From the NCBI GenBank assembly GCA_046563655.1, contig CM102286.1:1736001-1800000 (forward strand): 64,000 nt of DNA, read 5' to 3'. Within the stretch, counting starts at the first letter, position 1. Every line of letters begins with the position of its first letter. This DNA is from Yuukianura sp. NJ FZ-2021 (lineage: Eukaryota). Position numbers and translations under genes: made by a program. This document shows positions 14,379 to 25,178 of this stretch, piece after piece. The notes below the pieces were generated by a model. The model was not told the origin of the DNA and did no database searches. It saw only the letters and a program-made list of their open reading frames with translations.

Positions 14379-14618
14379 AAGAATTCCTCCGTAATCGTGT
14401 ACTTACCAGTAAATTGTCGGAAGTTGATAATAATTACTACGAAATTCACACTCGAGGTGAAGATTTGTATACTCAAACGCAGTCTCTGTTTACTTTCATG
14501 AAGAATTCATCCGTAATCGTGTACTTACCAGTAAATTGACGGAAGTTGATAATAATTACTACGAAATTCACACTCGAGGTGAAGATTTGTATACTCAAAC
14601 GCAGTCTCTGTTTACTTT
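14379..14618. repeat. Near-perfect tandem duplication (118 bp x2, period 122) covering the putative PITP 5' non-coding exon and its splice donor
   Basis: 14379-14496 and 14501-14618 differ at 2 positions by eye; each copy contains acttac (minus-strand GTAAGT donor). Confidence 0.93.
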
Positions 14619-14820
14619 GCTTTTAGTCAGGCGATACTCCAGTTTCCAACTTAAAAGGGCAAAGATCAATTCCTGTTTCTTTGCGGTTATGTGACGTCTG
14701 CTTTTACTCCGTAATGCGACAGCAACACCACAAGGATCTTCAAAATTTGGATTTTCCACAGGCAAGACTTCTGTTCAAACTCAAACGACTACGCAAAGGC
14801 GAGAGATTCCTCAGAAACCC

Positions 14821-14905
14821 GAAAAAACCGAAAACGGAACGAAACTCCCGGATTTTGGATTCAGAAAAAACCGAAAACGGAAAGAAACTCCCGGATTTTG
14901 AATTC
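14821..14905. repeat. 43-bp tandem repeat x2
   Basis: gaaaaaaccgaaaacgga(a/c)..gaaactcccggatttt(g/a)..ttc occurs twice in tandem. Confidence 0.85.
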
Positions 14906-15301
14906 GCGAGTTGCGAAACTCGGAATTTCCAACTTTTCAAATAAAATGGGAATCGCGCCTTTTCACTTTCACCGGAAAAAGTGACGCTGGAGTGAAAGTA
15001 GTCTGGAAAGGAATGAAAACCTTTTAAAATCTTACACTGCTTCTGATAATTTCTGTTTAATTTCACTTTAGATTTCAATTCACTAATTACTTTACTAATT
15101 AAATTTTGATCAGTAGATGAAACTTGAATAGGAATAGATTTTTTGGAGCATAAGCTTCTATTGAGCTCTATGTGTGAAGCTGGAACTTGTTGGAAGACAT
15201 GTGTTGCTGATAAGTGTTAAAATGTCAACACCTAATCTGCTTTCTGTTTGTTAATAGGTCAAAGGTCAACTTTTTTTTTCTTTGGAAAACCTTAGTTTGT
15301 T

Positions 15302-17654
15302 TTAGAGTTCTTTTAAACAAGAGTCGAAGGTTTCCAGGAATAGATTGGCGTGTACAGGCTGAAACACGAGTGTCGGTCGGAACCTGATTGCTCTGTCTCC
15401 ACATCCACCAGCTTGGATACCTAAAATTTCAAAATCCATTTTCAAAATTTGGTGTTTAAAAATTAAAAAAGTGTAAGTTCATTTTTTTTTACCTTTTGAC
15501 TTCAGTTTTGCAATAAGTTTGTCTCTGAGAGCAGAATCAGTGCAATCTATAGCACAGAATGTTCCTCGTCCTCGTGCAGCGTGCAAATGCTCCCGGTATT
15601 GTTTCTGAACAAAAAAAAAATTGAAAATTTTCAACCTTTAATCTCCAGTTTTTCTGAAAACTATCATTACCTGAAGCGACTTCAATCCAGTCAGTAGAAT
15701 GTCACCAGTGACCTGTGCATTTTTGAGAAGATTGTCCCGCTTGATCACTTCCAAAATTTTGCTCAAAACTTGAACTTTGCTTGGCTTAAGTCAAAAACCA
15801 AACAACAAAATAACTTCAAAATCTGCTCAATATTTTTAAACCTGCAAAAAACTAAAAAATTTTAAGAGTTACCTCTCCCATCCACGTATTGAAGATTCGG
15901 TAACTTTGATCTGGTCTGTTTAAAAAAGTTTCCCAAATTCAGCAGAAAATTTTTGAAACAAACGTTTGAACATTTGAATTTTTTTTTTGAAAACTTAGTT
16001 ACTTGTATTCTGGAAGATGGTAGAATCCACCAGTTTGCAATTTTTTGCTGAAGGTGACGATGTCAGGGGGAGACGGTAAATTGAAGTGTTCGTGACACCA
16101 CATTTTCCCTGTCGGTCCACCGCCTGTCTGCACTTCGTCCATAATCAAAGCCACGCCGTGCTGCAAATCAAAAAAAAAATTAAAGTTTGAAATTTTTGCC
16201 AATTTTTTTTTCAAAATTTCTAACCTTTTTGCCAATCTTTTGCAATCCCTGGAAGAATTCGGGCGATGCATGATGGTCTCCTCCCTCAGCCTGAATTGGT
16301 TCAACAATCATTCCCGCCACTGGCCTTCCTTTTCTTTTGAACTCTCCAATCAACTCTTCCACTTCAGCCAAACACTTTGAGTCCTCTGCATGGTTGACCT
16401 TGACATTATCCTCCAGGGGGTACTTGTACATGGGGAAGGGAGCAATTGGCCAATCAAAGGCGGGAACATCCAATTTATGAATTGCTTTTGAATGAGTCAC
16501 GCTCAGAGCTCCTAGCGTACGGCCATGGAAGGCGCCTAAAGCCAACAGTTAAAAAAATTTCAAAATTTGAAACATATTTTTTTTAAAAAAAGTTCAAAAT
16601 TTTAATATTTTGAATTTCATACCATGAAACGATAGGATTGAAAGATGAGGGCTACCGGGAGGTTGATTGATCATACAACTGGAGTAATCGTTGAGTGAAA
16701 AATCGCTGGTACCCCCACGTTCACGTTTCTGATGCCAAATGAAAACGGCCTTGAAAGCATTTTCGTTGGAACAAGATCCACTAAAAACAGTTAATCATTT
16801 AAGTTAACTAGAATTAATTAGTTTAATTATATTAATTTATTTTGAAATTAAAAACTTACCATGCCATGGTCTGTACATGCTTGAGTCCTGCTGGAGCTAT
16901 CTGGAATTTTGAACAAAAAATGAAAAACTTTCCCCTCGTAATTTTCTTTTTGAAAATTTTCTTTGTGAAAAAAGTATTTGTGTTACCGACAAAAGTGAAG
17001 TTTTCAGTTCTTCCACCCAAGATCCACTTGGGAAAACTCCAAGAGCGGGTCTGTTGATCAGTGTTCTCTGAAAACCAAAAAAATGGCGTCATTTCAAAAT
17101 TTAGTTTACAATTTTGAAATTAGTGTTTTGTACTTACAATATAGTGTGGATCCTTAAATAGATTGAGTAGTTCTGGATGATTGTAGCCAATGGGAATGGA
17201 GGAAATTTGGGAATAAATGTCCAGAAAAACGTTGCCATCGACATCAGCCAAGTAATTGCCCAACGATCTGTCGTAGTCTGCAAACAGTTGAACTCCACCG
17301 GCTTGCTATGACATACAAATTTTTGGTTTATGACCAAAATTTTCAAAAATTTGTGACGTCAAGGTCAAAGGTCACCAGTGCCATGTCGCTTAAACTCACT
17401 TGAATTGCCGCCAGTTGCTGCAAAAGTTCTTTGGACTTGGGTCCTGGCACGGCAGTTTTGACTGTTGGTGCCGTCGGTTCTCCAGGAATCAGCGAACTTG
17501 CAAATCCACGAACGCCTTGGTTTTGAAAATTTCAAAAATTTTAAGACTTTCAAAATTTCAGTAGAAAAAAAATACTTTTTTGTTTATGCGACTATGTGAC
17601 TATATTACCGGTGACTGCTGGTCTTAGTCGGAAGAGTCCTCTGGTTAGTGACAT
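15302..17654 (-). CDS. ABAT: 4-aminobutyrate aminotransferase (GABA transaminase), mitochondrial
   Basis: Mitochondrial-type leader [64 protein letters not shown] (PLP lysine), [28 protein letters not shown]; many short introns. Confidence 0.96.
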
Positions 17655-18467
17655 GGCCGATGACACTGGAATCCAAACCTTAGCTTGTTTTAAATGAACT
17701 GCTTGGCTTCAACTGATGTTTAAATTTTTGTTTAAACCGTTTTGAAATCTGGTGCTGAAGATTAGTCAAAGTGCATCCTGTTTCTAAGCTTCTGGAGGAA
17801 AGTTGAATTGGATCTGATTAAAAAGACTAGTGTATTCTGTTGAAATGGCCTCTCAATGTCAACTGGTTATCCACTTCCAAACACAATCCAGAACCCACTT
17901 ATGAAGTATAGCACTCACTTGTTCACTAGTTCATGAACACTCAAGGTCACTGGCACATCTCCATATCACAAAAACAAATTCTGAAATCAAGATCTGTGGG
18001 GTTCTGCTGGAGCCTAACTTTTAGCATAAGCTATGGAACGTGCTTCACAGACTTCAGAAGATCGATGCCGTTCAATAAAATTAGGACATAAGCAAGGCGA
18101 ATCCAAAATGCTACACTTTTAAAAAAAATTGTGGTTTTCAAAAAATAAAGTTGGTTTGTGGTTAATTACTTCAACATTATAACTCTGGTTTTAACTATTC
18201 ATTAGGTCATATCGCAACAATAACAGTTCTAGAAAAATGTGCGTTTTAACAAGTGTTTCTACACTTCTGGTTTGTCGGAATATCGATCCAGCAATACCGA
18301 ATCTCAGCAGCATAAGCAGCAGCATCCAACACAAAAACTTACGAAGGTGACACTACCATAAGTTCCAAAAAACGAAAATTCAAAACCGAAAAATGTAATT
18401 TCCAAAAAGTTTTGTTTGGCAACTACTGTGCATGTAGGATAGCGGAGTCAAGTTTAGGTCAAAGGTT

Positions 18468-18596
18468 GTGCCGTTGGTTACACACCATTGGTTCAACGCA
18501 ATTGGTTCAAAATAAAATGGTCCAAAAAATTAATACACATTCAACTTTGGAACACTTAAGCTGTTGAACTAATTCAATTTTGAACCTATGGCATGC
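18468..18596. mobile_element. Small MITE/fold-back-like element with inverted subterminal ttggttcaa-type subrepeats
   Basis: Left end gtgccgttggtt..ccattggttcaa..aattggttcaaaa; right end reverse complement gcatgccataggttcaaaattgaattagttcaa. Confidence 0.45.
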
Positions 18597-19051
18597 TACT
18601 TTTCAGACTCGTGCAACTTTATTTTTTGGTGGCCACATTCGGCTACTAAAAGCGAAACTGTATTTTTGGTTAAAAAAAAAGAGAGATTACGTAATGGAGG
18701 CTCGAAATTAAGTCTAAAAATTCCCAAAATTAGCATTTAGAAACGAATTTTGAGTTTCTTGATAAGAATAAATTACTTCAGTTAAAATGAATTTTAATTT
18801 TTCACGTTCTTGAAGATAGTTATAAGGATGATGAGAGTTGGGGTGGGGGTGGCATAAACAGAGGAACAATGGACGATCATCAATAGTGAAATGGAGGGGA
18901 ACAATGTTAACTTTTATGGAGGGTAGGTGTCAAAACACAATGCACTTTCAACTACTTTGCTTTAACTTTACTACTTGAAAGTTAGTCGAATTATAGCACT
19001 TGAATTGAAGTAAGATTAGTCGAGTAGTAAGTTGACATTGGAAGGAATTCG

Positions 19052-21209
19052 ATGGCTAGGAAAGGAGATGTTGTGCGTTTCGTAAAAAACAATTGTCTCC
19101 TTTTTGCAATAATTGTTGGAGTGGCTCTAGGGGTAGCTGCAGGTACTACCTCAATTCTTAATTTTATAATGTAATTTAACAATTTATGTAAAATGTATAA
19201 TATTTTAATATGTTTATGTTATGTGTTAAGGCCTCTCACTAAGAAGTCAGAAGTTATCGGACCAATGGATCCTGATTATCGGTTATCCCGGAGAAATTTT
19301 TACAAGAGCGTTGGAACTCATGATTCTTCCGCTCATAATTTCAAGCTTAATTGTCGGTAATTGTAATTAACCAAATTTTAATTAAGAATTTCAGTAAACA
19401 GTTAAAATTTTATTTACTTTTAGGTTCAGCGAGTTTGAATGCCAGAGCCAATGGGAAAATTGCAATGAGGACATTAATGTACTTTCTCATAACTTCATTA
19501 TTCAACGCTCTTCTAGGCGTTTTGTTAGTGTTATGGCTCATTCCAGAAACTCCAGATATCAAAACTGGAGCCAAAACTGCCATTGTTTTAGAAGAGAGAA
19601 AAAACACACTTTTGGACAATTTTTTGGATTTAGGAAGGTGTGAAATTACAACTTTACGGTTAAATTTTTCTAAAGGTTTTCACGAAATTTCACAATTTAT
19701 TTTCGAAATAGAAACATTGTTCCAAACAACATCTTCACCGCGCTATTTCGACAGGTAGAATTTTTTTTCCAGAAAAATAAAGTTAATTTCTAGCAAAAAT
19801 TAATGCATTTACGAAATAATTGGCAGTCTTTTCTAAATTTCAGACACAAACAAGTTATGAGAAAAACATAAATGATGATGGCACTGTCACCTACACACGC
19901 TACATTAACCAACAGTAAGTTATTCAAACTTCTTTTAGCATATTCCAAAAACAATAAAACCCAAAATTTCGAACTTTTTTTTTAATTTTTGAAAATAGGT
20001 ATGGAACAAATACACTGGGAGTTATTGGTTTTGCTCTAATATTTGGAATGGTGCTGGGTTCAATGGGAAGAGCAGCTCAGAGTCTAATTGAAAGCATTTC
20101 AATTGTGGACAAAGTCATTATGAGCATGGTTCAAGGAGTCATGTGGTACGTTTTAACTAAAATATATTATATTATTAATAATAACACATTTAAAGTATAT
20201 TTAATATTTAAAATGTTTCAGGTTAACTCCACTTGGAGTAGCAAGTTTAATTGCCAGTAAAATCCTAAGTGTAAACGATGTTGCAGAAATTACGCGTTTG
20301 CTTGGATTTTTCGTTCTGACAGTAGTTGCTGGAGTTCTGATTTACCAGTTGATCATTTTGCAGTTGATCTATTTGTTCATTACAAGAAAAAATCCAATCA
20401 AATTCTATGCCCAGATGATTCCAGCCACAATCACTGCTTTTGCAACTGCCTCAACGTAAACAAAACCTACACAGCATTTGGCTCAGAAATCAAAACACCG
20501 TTGTCCTCTTCCTATTATTATTAATTATTATTATTATATTTATATAAATTTATGTGTATTTATGTTTTAGAGCCGTGGCATTGCCTGTTAGTTTTCGATG
20601 TATGGCCAACGCAGGCGTAGACATCAGAATTGCACAATTTGTGTTGCCAATTGGCGCCACCGTGAACAAAGACGGAACTGCTCTTTTTGTCAGCATTGCG
20701 TCCGTATTCATTGCTCAACTCAATGGATCCTCACTCGGAGTTGGTGATTTGGCAACAGTCATGTATGTTTTTTCAAATTTTTTTTTTCGAAATTTCAAAG
20801 AAAAATCATTTTTGAAAAATTTTTCTGTCGTTCTTCAGAATCGCTTCAACAGCAGTTAGTATTGCCAGTGCGTCGGTTCCAAGCGCAGCCCTAGCTCTGA
20901 TGTTTATTGTCCTAAATTCAATTGGCGTTCCAACTAAAGACGTCGGTTTGCTATTTGCTGTGGATTGGTTTGTGTAAGTAATTTGAAAAAAAAAATCAAA
21001 ATTTTGAATTTCACGAAATTCTTTTTTTGTTTTTGAAAATCAGAGATCGTGTGCGAACAACGAATAATCATCTTGGAGATTGCTACGCAGCAGCAGTCGT
21101 AGAACATTTTTCCAAAGAAGAACTACGGTTGATGACCCCTGACTCAAATGGAAACATAAGAAATGACAACGGAAATCAAATTTTTCATTATCCTATGCAT
21201 CCAATATAA
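19052..21209 (+). CDS. Eaat2: SLC1 excitatory amino-acid transporter, insect Eaat2 (aspartate/taurine) type
   Basis: [96 protein letters not shown] (close to Drosophila Eaat2 DRIRTTNNMLGDCY as recalled); about 10 exons. Confidence 0.9.
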
Positions 21210-21425
21210 TGACATGCAAAACAAAGCCACTTCAAATGAAATTCACAATTTAGTTTTTCAAAAAACAGGAAAAGTAAATGAGTTCTAAATAAAAATTTTA
21301 ATAATTCAATTCCAACTTTTACAACTTTTCTTTTTGTTACGACTGTAGGATATGAACAGATATGTTGAGGTACTTTGGGAAAAAAAATCAAGTACGTTTA
21401 GGTACTGTCTGTGAGTAGCTCGTCA

Positions 21426-21786
21426 GTGCTCCATTGCAAATTGCTCCGAATGAATTATTACGAAACCAATTCCTCCGAAATGTGCATTGCTTCGAAAGTG
21501 ACGCTGTTTTGAAATTGAATGAGTTTACATTAAAGTGTTTAGAGTAAATCGGCTCGGTTCAAAATGTTAGGTTAGGCTACCAATCACAATATGAACACAC
21601 GCTTGAGTTGTTAATAAGTTATTCTCATTAGGCAAGGTTAGGTTAGCATATAAAACTATTTTCGGACTAATTTGGCGTTTGGAAGAATATGCCACTGTAT
21701 GTAATTGGATTCGTAAGAATTGGGTCGGATCAAGTCATTCTTAGCAATTCGCTTCGGAACAATTCGTTCGGAATAATGGCATGCAC
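21426..21786. mobile_element. Fold-back/MITE-like element with inverted arrays of ~14-15 bp subrepeats and a central GTTAGGTTAGG
   Basis: Left arm repeats aatt..tccgaa; right arm repeats ttcgga..aatt in the opposite orientation; termini gtgc...gcac. Confidence 0.55.
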
Positions 21787-22169
21787 AACCCTTAATGTGC
21801 ATACAGTTGACCTTGGTGAGTTTAAGCTCGCCAAAAAAATGCCGTTTTTGTAGACACAACTTGAACTGAGGTTGTGAACACAAAATCTTTGTTTTTTTGC
21901 AACTAATGATAAAATTTTACGTAGGTTCTATGCCGTTTGCTTTTTCATAACCAAAGTTCTTAGAATTCATGTGACTAATGTACCCTCTCAACGTCCAGAA
22001 AATATAAATACTCTAGCGTCAGTTTCACCACATCCATCGGAAAGGGAACTGCAAACACTAATCAATTCGGGCGTCACAAAATACTTTTCAGTACAAAATA
22101 AGTGCCTAACTTAACATTTTGTAAAATTTTTCTCAAAATTTTGGATTTTTGGAATTTGGCAAGATCATA

Positions 22170-23735
22170 ATGGAACCGCAATACCATTCACCAACTTCGG
22201 CCGTTGTGACTTTCAACAATCAAAATTCAATTTTGATGGCCATGTATCTCCGGCTGCCCCAAATTCTTTGTCTTTTGCACGACAACCGGATTTTTGCCTT
22301 TCAAAAAATTGGTGGCGACCAGTCGTCAACGGAAGAGCAAAATTTGATGTTGGCACTTCTCACTACCGCCAAATTTCGAATTATGGGTTTCCTGTACAGT
22401 GGTTATCACCTTGTTGATAACACTATGTTTCTACTCATCATCATTCTGAGTATCCTGAACAACGGATTCACTATGCCAGAACATCATGAAATTGCGCTCT
22501 TTGCTGCCATTGGTCTAGAGGGCTTCTATGACGTCATGCTCTTCACGCACCGCTATTGGATACTCCAGAGACTCTCGATTTTCATTGGTCTAGTGCTGTA
22601 CGTCCTTTACTTTGTTATTGTCGGTATGACATCAATAACTTCTGCTGGAGGTCATTTAGATAGACCAGCACATATTTCTATCATTGTCGTCTGGGCAGTG
22701 TTGGGCACGAGATTTGCTGCGTTTATTTTGGAGGAACTTGTGGACGTTGCAATTGATCTGCAATTGCACAACGATTTGGTTAAATTGAACAGAGAAAAAG
22801 ACCAAAGGAAGCTAGAAGCTGCTGCTGCGTCGGCGCACAATGTTCCAGGACCATCTCGGAAGGCAATTGTGCACAAAGGAACCCCTACTTCTTCTGTGTC
22901 GGCGCACAACTCTCAAGGAACTTCACAGTTCACAATTGTGAACGCAGGAACTGCTACTAATTCTGAGTCGGTGCACAACTCTGCAGGAACGTCACAGCAC
23001 AAAGGTACCACCAAAGAGACTGATTCTCCGTCGGCACACAACTCTCAAGAAAAGTCGAAACACAAAAGTCCAAAGAACAGAGATGGCGCTGCGGCTGAGT
23101 CAAAACAAAAAAGTGGAAATGAGAGTAAATTGAATACGGGTTCAGCACAGACCAGCAGTGCGCATGACGAAACTAGTCTTACGATTGGACAAGACAATCC
23201 TGCATATGACGAAACTTCAGACACTACTGCAGAAGATCAAAGTGCAAACCGCGCTACTTCTTCGCCCGCTACAACAGAATCACAAGAAACGGGTCAAGAA
23301 AGTATCGAATTCACGCAGGTCAATTTGAGTGACCTCGCAGTAGAAAGTGGCGTCGGGGTCAATGACCTTGAGGGGCTTGTTACCGGAGTCACAAAGCCAG
23401 CAGGGTTGCATAATCGGATGAAACGGTATTTGAACGTGAGCAATGCCGTGACAATGCCAGATCACATGACCTACGTGGGCTCTTTGTTTGCTTGGGGTCA
23501 AAGGTCAGTGTTTGACGAAGGAGTTTGGCGCAAGACAAAAGTGCCACAAATATGGTCTATTCTCCTTTGTTTCTTTCCGGCAATTCCAGCATCCCTTGTT
23601 TTGATTCCGATTTTGGCCCTATGTGCAGCCGCAGCGTTGGTAATTCTGGTCATGCTGCTTGTCATGTCAATTTTCTGTTGCACTTGTACTGAATTTTTCA
23701 AAAGAAACTACTGGGTTGAGCTACGTCGTCTATAA
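22170..23735 (+). CDS. Intronless orphan multi-pass membrane protein (~521 aa) with a repetitive Ser/Thr-rich loop
   Basis: 1.56-kb uninterrupted ORF in AT-rich DNA (first ATG 22170); 4-5 hydrophobic segments N-terminal, internal SAHNS repeats, long C-terminal hydrophobic stretch followed by CCTC. Confidence 0.85.
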   Translation: MEPQYHSPTSAVVTFNNQNSILMAMYLRLPQILCLLHDNRIFAFQKIGGDQSSTEEQNLMLALLTTAKFRIMGFLYSGYHLVDNTMFLLIIILSILNNGFTMPEHHEIALFAAIGLEGFYDVMLFTHRYWILQRLSIFIGLVLYVLYFVIVGMTSITSAGGHLDRPAHISIIVVWAVLGTRFAAFILEELVDVAIDLQLHNDLVKLNREKDQRKLEAAAASAHNVPGPSRKAIVHKGTPTSSVSAHNSQGTSQFTIVNAGTATNSESVHNSAGTSQHKGTTKETDSPSAHNSQEKSKHKSPKNRDGAAAESKQKSGNESKLNTGSAQTSSAHDETSLTIGQDNPAYDETSDTTAEDQSANRATSSPATTESQETGQESIEFTQVNLSDLAVESGVGVNDLEGLVTGVTKPAGLHNRMKRYLNVSNAVTMPDHMTYVGSLFAWGQRSVFDEGVWRKTKVPQIWSILLCFFPAIPASLVLIPILALCAAAALVILVMLLVMSIFCCTCTEFFKRNYWVELRRL

Positions 23736-24333
23736 AAAAAATTTTTGCGATTTTTTGAATTTGATTTTTGAAATTTTTGAAAATGTTTGTATTCGGTGGC
23801 TCAGAGCTTATTAGTGCTTGCTAAAAAAATTTTGTTTTGTGCTAACACATTTTACATGGTTTATTTCGTAAGACATTTGGTTCTTAAAATATTTTACTTT
23901 TGTTATCATTTCAAAATTTTAATTTCACTGAAAATCAATTTTTTTATGTATTTGCTTGTCAGTGTCGTTGTAAGTTTTGTTAAATTTTCTGGATTTAAGT
24001 TAATAATTTATTGGAAGTTGGAGCTTAGTTTTTAAATTAAACTAATTTCAAAAAATGACTTAGTAAGACGCTTTTTCAAAAAATCTTTTTCTTGTTGCTA
24101 GCATTACAGTCCTTGACTCAACGTGTAATCAAATACGGAATCAAAAAGAATTAAAAATAGCACTTTCAGCACATGTGGATAATTATAAAAGAAAAGTTTT
24201 GTCTAACTTTTGTGCTTTTTTGTTTCAGTGTTCATTTAGAACTCTTCAACACAAGTTGAACAAGTTTAGAAAAAGTTAGAACAAAAGTACTTAAAAAGAG
24301 AGATTTGATTAAATTAGCTTTCGTTTGCACAAC

Positions 24334-24805
24334 ATGTCACGTCGTGCCTACGATTATGCCGTAAGAACTTTCATCTTATAGAAGAAAATTTTTTCTCCAA
24401 AAAATCATTGAAATTTTGACAACTACAGTTTTTTTTTAAAACGACATCAATTAATAGTTTTTTTACTGTTGAAATCAGACGCCAAGCTTTGGAGGTGACT
24501 ACTGTTGTGTCCCACCGCCTTCAGCCGCTGCTTATCGTTCACTGCAAAAACAAAATTCAATTTTGCAAAGTTCTTTAAACCGAGCTGACAGCGGAAGCTC
24601 AAGCGCTGCTCGCGGAACGCTTAGTCGCATGGAGAGTTTGTCCAGAAATCCGCCTTTGAGCCGTGGAAACAGTGGAGCTTCCAGGACGGAGTCTTACTCT
24701 ACAACAACTACAAGTACTGGAGCTGGTGGCGTACCGACCACATTTTCATCAACCACCTACAAGTCCCCTTACGGTAACACCTACCGTTCCTGCTCCAAAT
24801 TTTAA
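24334..24805 (+). CDS. Small two-exon Ser/Thr/Gly-rich orphan protein (117 aa)
   Basis: ATG 24334, exon 24334-24360 (MSRRAYDYA)|gtaag...cag|24479-24805 in frame (TPSFGGDYCCVPPPS...YRSCSKF); AATAAA at ~24927. Confidence 0.7.
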
Positions 24806-25178
24806 AAAAGTTCAAAAATTTGACCCAAAATACCGTAAAACTGACATTAGCTGTCCTACTTTTCTGATTGGAATTTTGGCAAAAGTTTTAGTTCATTTTA
24901 GTTCCACGCATTGTTCCTAAATTCGCAATAAATTACTGACAATTCTGATTTTCAACAGCCGCGCAATTCAAATTCGTCTTTCTTTTGGCTTGGCTGTAGC
25001 CCAAATTTTTGTTTATGAAAAACTTTGTTTATTCGTTTGAAACAAATGTAACACTTTAGCAGTCAGTTTTTTGAAAAAAAAAGTAAGAAAGAGACAACTC
25101 CTACATTATAAAAAGAAAAAAGCAAGATTTAATGCGTCACGGTCACATGTTCAGCCTAGTTTTTATGTCAAGTCGTGA

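Noticed and set aside
22003..22024. TATA box plus Inr (TCAGTT) upstream of the orphan gene
   Set aside because: Spacing of about 18 nt is too short for a canonical TATA-Inr pair.
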